Origin: a bacterium
Lineage (GTDB): Bacteria > Sysuimicrobiota > Sysuimicrobiia > Sysuimicrobiales > Kaftiobacteriaceae
Length of the DNA: 22,625 nt
NCBI GenBank assembly: GCA_044868695.1
Contig: JBIOWP010000104.1
Coordinates: forward strand, 1 to 22,625
Direction of reading: 5' to 3'
Position numbers and translations under genes: made by a program. Under the pieces are notes generated by a model that saw only the letters and a program-made list of their open reading frames with translations, searched no databases and had not been told where the DNA came from. Every line of letters starts with the position of its first letter. The stretch's first letter is position 1. Below are positions 15,973-22,625 of this stretch, in pieces.

Positions 15973-16378
15973 AGTAGTGGTTTAGTCTGGACTGTCGTCC
16001 GTCTTTTGTTGTGCTAGTGGAAGGCCGCTCCGCTCTCGGGGCGGCTCACCCGCCGGGCGTAGCGCTCGGCGGCCTTCTACCAGCCCCACGGGAGGGGACT
16101 CGCAGAAGCTCGGGACGGACCAGAGGGCAGGGCGGCGGGCGAGTGGGGCGGCCCCGAGCGGAGATTGGAGGGCGGCAACCACCTGGCAGGCCGTGAGGTC
16201 GGGATCGCCCCAGCCACGTCGCGGGAACGCAGGAGAAGCCGTCGTGTTCCGTCGCATATTGGCAGGCGAGCGCACCAGGGAGCGTGAGGTCTGCGCATCC
16301 AATCCGAAGCCGCCCGACGCGACGCGAGGGGCCGCCCCCGAGCAGACCGCCGCCCGTCCATTCAGACGACCCACGACC
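15973..16378. mobile_element. Non-autonomous element (MITE) copy 2 with IS1-like termini
   Basis: Left end AGTAGTGGTTTAGTCTGGA, right end TTCAGACGACCCACGACC. Perfect 8-bp direct repeat AACCAGTT at 15965-15972 and 16379-16386. Same orientation and body as copy 1, plus ~60 bp extra. Confidence 0.9.
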
Positions 16379-16393
16379 AACCAGTTCACACCC

Positions 16394-16423
16394 TTGACAG
16401 CCCGAAGGAGGCCATGCTACGCT
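16394..16423 (+). promoter_or_regulatory. Sigma70-type promoter TTGACA-18-TACGCT with extended -10 TG
   Basis: TTGACA 16394-16399, TG 16415-16416, TACGCT 16418-16423. Confidence 0.6.
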
Positions 16424-16431
16424 GGCCGTGT

Positions 16432-16583
16432 TTTTCAGCCATGCCAGTGGCTGAAAAGGAAGGAGGTGAGGCCGACAATGAGTAGACACACCCCGGCCCA
16501 CCAGAAAGGATTGCTCAGGTAAGCGGTTTGCCGTCTACCTGACACCAAGCGTCCTGGCTTGTGGGCCGGGGCGCTTTTCTTTT
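16432..16583 (+). ncRNA. Putative small structured transcript containing a 14-aa ORF (16478-16522, MSRHTPAHQKGLLR)
   Basis: Hairpin TTTTCAGCCA/TGGCTGAAAA; SD AAGGAGGTGA; long interrupted stem CCCCGGCCCAC/GTGGGCCGGGG with inner AGGAT/GTCCT and TCAGGTA/TACCTGA; followed by TTTTCTTTT. Confidence 0.5.
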
Positions 16584-16752
16584 CAGGGGATTTCTGGGTG
16601 CCTCCTCGGGACATCTCCGTCCCCGCCTTGGGGATTTCGCGGGGACTGACGTTCCGCCGGCCGGGGTATGGTGCAGGTAGATGCCGCTGCGCAATGTCCG
16701 GAGAGCGGCACGCTGGAAAGGCAGACCGGACCCGCGCAGTGACTCGTAGAGG

Positions 16753-18210
16753 TTGCCTCTGGTCAACAGGAGTCGCACGGCCCCGCACCTCCCTTGGCGC
16801 CTGTTCCTGCCGGCGCTCATTGTCAGTTTTCTGGCCTCCGCCATGCCGGCTCCGGCGTCGGGGTTCGGAACGACCCGCATCACCGCGATCGCGTGGGAGC
16901 CGGATGGGGAAATCGGGAAGGTGATCATCCGCCTGGACGGCCCCGTCACGTACCGCACCGTCGCGTCGCCCACCAGCATCGTCGTGGACATGTGGCAGGC
17001 CCGTCATGCGGACTGGGAAGCCCGCACCATGGTCCACCCCTACGTGCAGCGGGTCCGCCTCAACCAGGTCACCGACGATCTGGCGCGCGTGCGGATCGAC
17101 CTGTGGCGCCCGGCCCGGTACAAGACGTTTGTGAACGATGGGTTGCGCACGCTGTCGATCGTGGTCATCCCGCCCTGGATGGCCACCACCCCGCTCCCGA
17201 GCTCCGTGGTCTACGAGCAGCAGCGCGTGCGCACCGGCGCCGGGACGACCGCGGTCCACGTGCTGCGCATCAACCCCGACGACCGCTATCTGGAGATCCG
17301 CCCCACGCTCGCCGCCGACATGGTCTCCGGCACCGAAACAACCAGCATCATCGCCACCCGTCATGACGCGATCGCCGGGATCAACGGCGGGTACTTCGGT
17401 GGCCCGGGCATGCCGTTGGGCATGGTCTTGATCGACGGCGAACTCTTATCCGCCCCCCTGCCGCGCCGCTCGGTCTTTGCCATCTCGCGGTGGGGGAAAC
17501 CCATGATCGACGACTTCCAGCTCACCGGGCGGGCGCGCACCGAGTTCGGGCTGACGCTGCCGGTGAATGCCGTGAACGCACCACCCCAGGCGGGCGGCGT
17601 CGCTGTCTACACGCCCCACTACGGCCCGTTGACCCCGCCCTCAGAGGCGGCCATCCGGGTGCGGCGCGGCGTGGTGGACCAGCAGACATCGGGGCGGATT
17701 CTGATCCCCAGCGACGGCTACGTCTTGACCGCCGACGCCGACGACGCCGAGATGCTCTGGCGCGTGCAGCCCGGAACGCGCGTGGCGGTGACGCTGAGCA
17801 TTGCGCCTGATCTCGAGGTCGCCAACGCGCTGGGCGGCGGGCCGAGACTTGTGAAAGACGGGCAGATTCATATTCCATACATGTGGGAGTGGTTTTCGTC
17901 GAAGCTAGTTATGAAGCGGGCCCCGCGCACGGCCATCGGCATTACCGACACTGGAAAGGTGCTGCTGGTCACCGTGGACGGCCGGAGCCGGCGCAACACC
18001 GGGATGACGCTGAATGAGCTGGCCGAAGTCATGCTGCAGCTCGGCGCATGGAACGCGATGAATCTCGACGGCGGCGGATCGGCGACGATGGTCGTCGGCG
18101 GTCGTGTCGTCAACGATCCCTCCGACGGCGAAGAGCGGCCGATTGCCTCTGCGCTGCTGATCCTTGCGAGGACGCCGGCGAAACCGCCGGGATCCTCCAC
18201 GACCCCCTGA
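16753..18210 (+). CDS. Exported phosphodiester glycosidase (NAGPA-like) family protein with AMIN-like N-terminal domain
   Basis: Signal-peptide-like N-terminus; AGINGGYF, GGGPRLV, APRTAIG, LVTVDGR, GMTL.ELA, AMNLDGGGS, N.PSDG.ER. Start codon uncertain. Confidence 0.88.
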   Translation: MPLVNRSRTAPHLPWRLFLPALIVSFLASAMPAPASGFGTTRITAIAWEPDGEIGKVIIRLDGPVTYRTVASPTSIVVDMWQARHADWEARTMVHPYVQRVRLNQVTDDLARVRIDLWRPARYKTFVNDGLRTLSIVVIPPWMATTPLPSSVVYEQQRVRTGAGTTAVHVLRINPDDRYLEIRPTLAADMVSGTETTSIIATRHDAIAGINGGYFGGPGMPLGMVLIDGELLSAPLPRRSVFAISRWGKPMIDDFQLTGRARTEFGLTLPVNAVNAPPQAGGVAVYTPHYGPLTPPSEAAIRVRRGVVDQQTSGRILIPSDGYVLTADADDAEMLWRVQPGTRVAVTLSIAPDLEVANALGGGPRLVKDGQIHIPYMWEWFSSKLVMKRAPRTAIGITDTGKVLLVTVDGRSRRNTGMTLNELAEVMLQLGAWNAMNLDGGGSATMVVGGRVVNDPSDGEERPIASALLILARTPAKPPGSSTTP

Positions 18211-18290
18211 CCGTTCGCAGCCGATAGCCGTCCGGCATTCCCTGCGTTACGGGTTCGTTGCACTCCGAGCGACAAGATATCTGCGTGCCC

Positions 18291-19007
18291 ATGCGCAGCC
18301 CGCCCAAGCGCGCCGGTCGTGAGTTCCTCGACACACCGGGCCAAGATCCAGAGGAGTTGTGGGGCCTGCTGTGCGACATCCGCCGCACGAACCGGCGGTT
18401 CGGCGGCTACTCCCTGATCGTGGGATACCTGCGACAGTTCCTGCCGGCCCTGGGGCCTCGTCCCCTCACCCTGCTCGATGTCGCGACGGCAAGCGCCGAT
18501 GTGCCGCGCGCCGTGGCGTCCTGGGGCCGCCGCATCCACGTCCCGGTCCGCGTCGTCGCCCTCGATCTGAGCGAGGACATATTGGCCCTGGCCGGGCGTG
18601 GGCTCGATGCGTTTCCTGAGATCGCCCTGGTCCGCGCAGACGCGCTCGCGCTGCCGTTTGCCGACCACAGCGTCGACATCGTCACCTGCGGGCTGGCGCT
18701 GCACCACTTCACGTTCGAGGCCGCGGCCGGGGTGCTGCGGGAAATTGACCGGGTGGCGCGAGGCGCCTTTGTGGTCAACGACGTCGTCCGTTCGTGGGGC
18801 GCGTATGCCGGCGCATGGCTGGACACGCGCCTGCTCAGCCGCAACCGGCTGGCGAGGCACGACGGCCCGCTATCCGTGCTGCGTTCGTTCACGCTCGACG
18901 AGTTTCGCGCCCTGGTCCAGGAGGCCGGGGTCCAGCGCGTCGAACTTCATCGCCATCCAATGTTCCGCGTTGCGCTCGTACGGCGGCCGCTGCCGGTGTC
19001 ACGATGA
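18291..19007 (+). CDS. Class I SAM-dependent methyltransferase
   Basis: EFLD...L.DIRRTNR.FGG, LLDVATASADVP (motif I variant), DALALPF, LALHHF, VVND..RS, RHDGPLSV.RSFT..E. Start ATG 18291. Confidence 0.88.
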   Translation: MRSPPKRAGREFLDTPGQDPEELWGLLCDIRRTNRRFGGYSLIVGYLRQFLPALGPRPLTLLDVATASADVPRAVASWGRRIHVPVRVVALDLSEDILALAGRGLDAFPEIALVRADALALPFADHSVDIVTCGLALHHFTFEAAAGVLREIDRVARGAFVVNDVVRSWGAYAGAWLDTRLLSRNRLARHDGPLSVLRSFTLDEFRALVQEAGVQRVELHRHPMFRVALVRRPLPVSR

Positions 19008-20173
19008 TTCCCGACGCCGACGTCATTGTCATTGGCGCCGGGCCGGCGGGGAGCTGCGCGGCGGCGCTGGCCGCGCGCGGGTGCCGGGTGCTGCTGGTCG
19101 ACAAGGTCGCGTTCCCGCGCGTGAAGCCGTGCGGGGACTACTGCAACCCGGGCGCCGTCGCCCAGCTCTCCGAGTTCGGGGCTCTCCCGGGCGTCCTGGA
19201 CGCGGGAGCGGCCATCATCTCCGGAATGTCCATCGTCGCACAGGACGGCACCCGGTGTGACGCGCAGTTCCCGGCGGGCCACGGGCTTCTGATCCCGCGT
19301 CTGCGGCTCGACGCAGCATTGCTGGCGCATGCCGCGCGCGCGGGAGCCGCCTTTCTCGATCGCGCTCCGGTTGAGGCGGTGAGGATTCACGACGACGGCG
19401 TGGAGGTCACCATCGGGTCGGGCCGGATTCTCCGGGCCCGGCTGGTGATCGCCGCCGACGGCATGCGGTCGACCGTCGCGCGCCGCCTCGGGCGTTTGAC
19501 GCTGCCGCGGGCGGGACGGTACACGGTCGGGGCCTACTTCTCGGGCCTCCCGCACCGGGCACCGCGCGGCGAACTGCACCTCGGCACGGACATGTACTGC
19601 GGCGTCGCGCATTTCGGCGAAGGGCTCGCCAACGTCTGCATGGCGCTGCCCCGCCGTCTGTGGGCGGGCCGGGATGCGCAAGCCGCGTTCGCGGAAGGCG
19701 TACGGTCGCTGCCGGTGCTCGCCGACGCGCTGTCCGGCACCCGGCGGGAGAGCCCGTTCCGGTGCACCGGTCCGGTCGGCATTGCGGTGCGGCACCCCGT
19801 GGCCGGCCGCGTTCTGTTTGCCGGCGACGCGGCCGGGCAGATCGAGCCGATGACCGGTCAGGGGATCTTCCTGGCGATGCGGTCCGCGTGCCTGGCCGCC
19901 GAGACGGTCCTGGCGGCGCTCCCGGGAGATGACCTGTCACACCGCCGGCTCAGGCGCTACGCGGCCCGCCAGCGCGCCCTCCTCTCCCGCCGGCTCACGG
20001 TCTCCCGCCGGCTGCAGCAGGTGGCGTTCCACCCGCGCGTAACGCCGGCGCTCGTGCGCAGGCTGCGCAGCCGGCCGGGCCTCGCCGCTGAACTGCTGGG
20101 CGCCACCGGCGACCTGCTGCCGCCGGAGAGGATTCTGTCACCCGTGTTCCTCGCGCGCGTTCTGCTGGCGTGA
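19004..20173 (+). CDS. FAD-dependent oxidoreductase (geranylgeranyl reductase / monooxygenase-like)
   Basis: VIVIGAGPAGS, FPR.KPCGD, R..LD..L, IAADG..S, AGDAAG...P.TGQGI..A; ATGA-coupled to the methyltransferase. Confidence 0.9.
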   Translation: MIPDADVIVIGAGPAGSCAAALAARGCRVLLVDKVAFPRVKPCGDYCNPGAVAQLSEFGALPGVLDAGAAIISGMSIVAQDGTRCDAQFPAGHGLLIPRLRLDAALLAHAARAGAAFLDRAPVEAVRIHDDGVEVTIGSGRILRARLVIAADGMRSTVARRLGRLTLPRAGRYTVGAYFSGLPHRAPRGELHLGTDMYCGVAHFGEGLANVCMALPRRLWAGRDAQAAFAEGVRSLPVLADALSGTRRESPFRCTGPVGIAVRHPVAGRVLFAGDAAGQIEPMTGQGIFLAMRSACLAAETVLAALPGDDLSHRRLRRYAARQRALLSRRLTVSRRLQQVAFHPRVTPALVRRLRSRPGLAAELLGATGDLLPPERILSPVFLARVLLA

Positions 20174-20628
20174 TGCATACCCGGCACGAATGGCTCGCCT
20201 CGGCGCCGCCGGAGACGGTGTTCGCGGTTGCCGCCGACGTCGAACGGTGGCCGTCGCTCCATCGGGCCTACCGGTGGTGCCGTGTGCTCGAACGGGCGCC
20301 GGACCGGATCGTGTTCGAGATGGCCGGCCGCATCCGCGGGTGGCCTGCGCGGTGGACGGCGGTCCAGGAGCGGGATGCCTCCGCGGGACGCATTGTGTTC
20401 CATCACACGAAAGGCATCACCACCGGCATGCGTGTGGAATGGCAGGTCCGGCCCCGGCCGCGCGGGACGAGCATCACGCTGTCGCATGACCTCGTGATGC
20501 GGTGGCCTGTGGTGGGCCGGTTGGTGTCCAACCTGATCGTCGGACCGATCTTCATCGACTGGATCGCGCGCCATACCCTGCGGGTCGTTGCGCAGGCGGC
20601 TGAAGGCATGAGCGAGCCGAATGGTTAG
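20170..20628 (+). CDS. SRPBCC / polyketide cyclase-aromatase (START-like) family protein
   Basis: APPETVF.VAADVERWP, W...Q......I.F.H..G...GMRVEW pattern; start overlaps the upstream stop. Confidence 0.85.
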   Translation: MMHTRHEWLASAPPETVFAVAADVERWPSLHRAYRWCRVLERAPDRIVFEMAGRIRGWPARWTAVQERDASAGRIVFHHTKGITTGMRVEWQVRPRPRGTSITLSHDLVMRWPVVGRLVSNLIVGPIFIDWIARHTLRVVAQAAEGMSEPNG

Positions 20629-20653
20629 AGGCGCGCCAAGGAGGGAAATGAAG

Positions 20654-21892
20654 ATGCGGCGTGTCGTGGTCACGGGCATCGGTGCGGTGACGCCGGTCGG
20701 ATCGACCGCAGGAGGACTCTACGAGGGTATGCGCCGGTCACGCTCTGCCGTGAGCCGGATCAGCCGGTTCGACCCTTCGGCGTTCCACTGCCAGGTGGCC
20801 GCAGAGGTCGCAGGGTTCGACCCGCTCGCGTATATGGACCCCAAGCGCGCGCGCCGCCTGGACCGCTTCGCGCAGTTTGCCGTCGCAGCCGCGCGCCAGG
20901 CCGTTGACGACGCTGGTCTGCACCTGGAGGATGAGGACCGGGACCGGTCTGGATGCTTTCTCGGCGCCGCGTTGGGCGGGGGGGCGTTCGCCGAAGAGCA
21001 ACACGAGATCTTCCTGCGGGAAGGCATCCGGAAGGTGAAACCCACGCTGGCGCTGGCCGTCTTCAGCGGGTCGGCATCATGCAACATCGCGATCGACCTG
21101 GGGCTGACGGGCCCCACCAGTGCCAACTCCGACAGCTGCAGCTCCGGGGCCATCGCGATCGGCGAAGCGTTCCGGGAGATCCGCTCGGGTGGCGCCGATG
21201 TGATGCTGGCAGGAGGCGTCGAATGTCCTCTCTCCCCGCTCATCTTCGGCGCATTTGACATTATCCGCGCCATGTCCACCCGCAACGACGCGCCCGAGCA
21301 GGCGTGCCGGCCGTTTGACAAAGATCGGGACGGGTTTGTGATGGCGGAGGGAGCCGCGGTGCTCGTGCTGGAAGCGCTCGACCATGCGGCCCGCCGCGGC
21401 GCGCCGGTCTATGGGGAGGTCCTGGGGTACGGCACGACCAATGACGCCCACCACATGACCGCGCCGCTGCCCTCGGGTACGCAGGCCGCCCGCGCCATGC
21501 GCCTGGCGCTGGACGAGGCGCACCTGGCAGCGGAACAGATCGGCTACATCAACGCGCATGCCAGCAGCACTCCGCTGAACGACACAGTGGAGACAAAGGC
21601 GATTAAGCTGGCGCTGGGTGAGCACGCCTATCGCGTGCCGGTCAGCGGGACGAAGGCCATGCACGGACACTCGCTGGGGGCCACCGGAGCCATCGAGGCG
21701 GCTATCTGCCTCCTGGCGTTCCGGCACGACTACCTGCCGCCCACGATCAACCTGGACACACCGGATCCCGAGTGCGACCTTGACTACATTCCCTCACAGG
21801 GCCGGGAGACGCGTGTCGACCATATCGTGAGCAACTCCTTCGGGTTTGGCGGGATTAACGCGGCGCTCGTGTTTGGACGCTACGAGGGATAA
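20654..21892 (+). CDS. fabF: Beta-ketoacyl-ACP synthase II-like ketosynthase
   Basis: RRVVVTGIG.VTP, Cys-His-His triad (DSCSSG, INAHASST, KAMHGHSLGA), RPFD..RDGFV, SNSFGFGG.N; SD AGGAGG upstream (alternative ATG 20648). Confidence 0.9.
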   Translation: MRRVVVTGIGAVTPVGSTAGGLYEGMRRSRSAVSRISRFDPSAFHCQVAAEVAGFDPLAYMDPKRARRLDRFAQFAVAAARQAVDDAGLHLEDEDRDRSGCFLGAALGGGAFAEEQHEIFLREGIRKVKPTLALAVFSGSASCNIAIDLGLTGPTSANSDSCSSGAIAIGEAFREIRSGGADVMLAGGVECPLSPLIFGAFDIIRAMSTRNDAPEQACRPFDKDRDGFVMAEGAAVLVLEALDHAARRGAPVYGEVLGYGTTNDAHHMTAPLPSGTQAARAMRLALDEAHLAAEQIGYINAHASSTPLNDTVETKAIKLALGEHAYRVPVSGTKAMHGHSLGATGAIEAAICLLAFRHDYLPPTINLDTPDPECDLDYIPSQGRETRVDHIVSNSFGFGGINAALVFGRYEG

Positions 21893-21906
21893 CGACAGCC
21901 TTCCGT

Positions 21907-22625
21907 CTAGTCAATTCCTCTCAGCCGCGGCATCAGCCACAGCGCCAACAGCACAACGATCACCCCGCCGCCCGATAGGGCGGGGCCGACGCCGAAGAGG
22001 TCGGCGGCGGCGCCGACCGGCAGGCTGCCGAGCGCAAACCCGCCGAAGGCCACCATGCTGTAGAATCCCATGAGCCGCCCGCGGGCGTGCGGGGGCGTGC
22101 TGAGCTGGACCAGCGTGTTGGCGGCCGCCAGGGACAGCGACTGCGCCGCGCCGATGAACACCAGCACCGCCATGGCGGGCCAGAAGGACCGCACCAGCCC
22201 GAGGACCGTCACCAGCCCTCCGAACACCAGCGCGCCGGCGCCGAGCAGGGTGCCCTTCCCTCCGGCGTCCGAGAGGCGACCGACCAGCAGCACCGAGAGC
22301 AGCGTCCCCACCCCCGGGGCGGACTGCAGGAGCCCGAGAGACGTCGCGCCTGCGTGCAGGACCTCGCGCGCGAACGCCGGCATCATCCGGACGTAGGGCC
22401 GGCCGAAGAAACTCAGCACCAGGACCGTGCCCAGAAACAGGAGCAGGCGCGGCTGCCCGCGCAGCAGCGACACGCCCTCCCGCAGGTCGTCCGACACCCT
22501 GGCCGGCGCCGACGCCGCCTGTGCCGGCGTCGCCATGAGCGCCAGCGCGGCCAGCACCGCCAGATACGACGCCGCGTTGACGAAAAAGCACCCGGCCTCC
22601 CCAATGGCGGCGATCACGAGGCCGC
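21907..22625 (-). CDS. MFS transporter (C-terminal part; start outside window)
   Basis: Multiple hydrophobic helices; CFFVNAASY, MPAFAREVL, NTLVQL.TP...RGR.MG.Y. Confidence 0.88.
   Translation of the reverse strand, partial: GLVIAAIGEAGCFFVNAASYLAVLAALALMATPAQAASAPARVSDDLREGVSLLRGQPRLLLFLGTVLVLSFFGRPYVRMMPAFAREVLHAGATSLGLLQSAPGVGTLLSVLLVGRLSDAGGKGTLLGAGALVFGGLVTVLGLVRSFWPAMAVLVFIGAAQSLSLAAANTLVQLSTPPHARGRLMGFYSMVAFGGFALGSLPVGAAADLFGVGPALSGGGVIVVLLALWLMPRLRGID

Noticed and set aside
15964..16387. LexA box at the reconstructed GAACCAGTTC insertion site
   Set aside because: Spacer is 2 nt rather than the 4 nt of the GAAC-N4-GTTC box.
16500..16540. c-di-GMP-I riboswitch (GGCAAACC on the minus strand)
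   Set aside because: The downstream GNRA loop and GACGCAAAG elements are absent.

Overview
High-GC bacterial chromosomal window, mostly housekeeping genes with information-rich intergenic gaps; a Terrabacteria lineage is my guess from gene style only. Genes in order: partial F420/NADP oxidoreductase and fused M16 peptidase (-); AlkZ-related protein + dinB (+); peroxiredoxin (-); corA + pncB (+); GNAT + NSAR/OSBS (+); unlisted 47-aa ORF (+); UPF0182 membrane protein (-); DUF59 protein (+); pterin carbinolamine dehydratase + isolated cbiA/cobB (-); phosphodiester glycosidase-family protein (+); a methyltransferase / FAD oxidoreductase / SRPBCC / KAS-II cluster (+); partial MFS transporter (-). 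Signals not in the ORF track: (1) two tandem micro-ORFs with their own SD, encoding MAKKKKKKR and MAKKKAKKKR; (2) two copies of a ~0.4 kb non-autonomous element with IS1-like ends, each with a perfect 8-bp target duplication; (3) two promoter-led structured leaders with small ORFs; (4) heptamer and octamer repeat arrays at gene ends. All family calls come from motif recognition by eye; no database searches were run.
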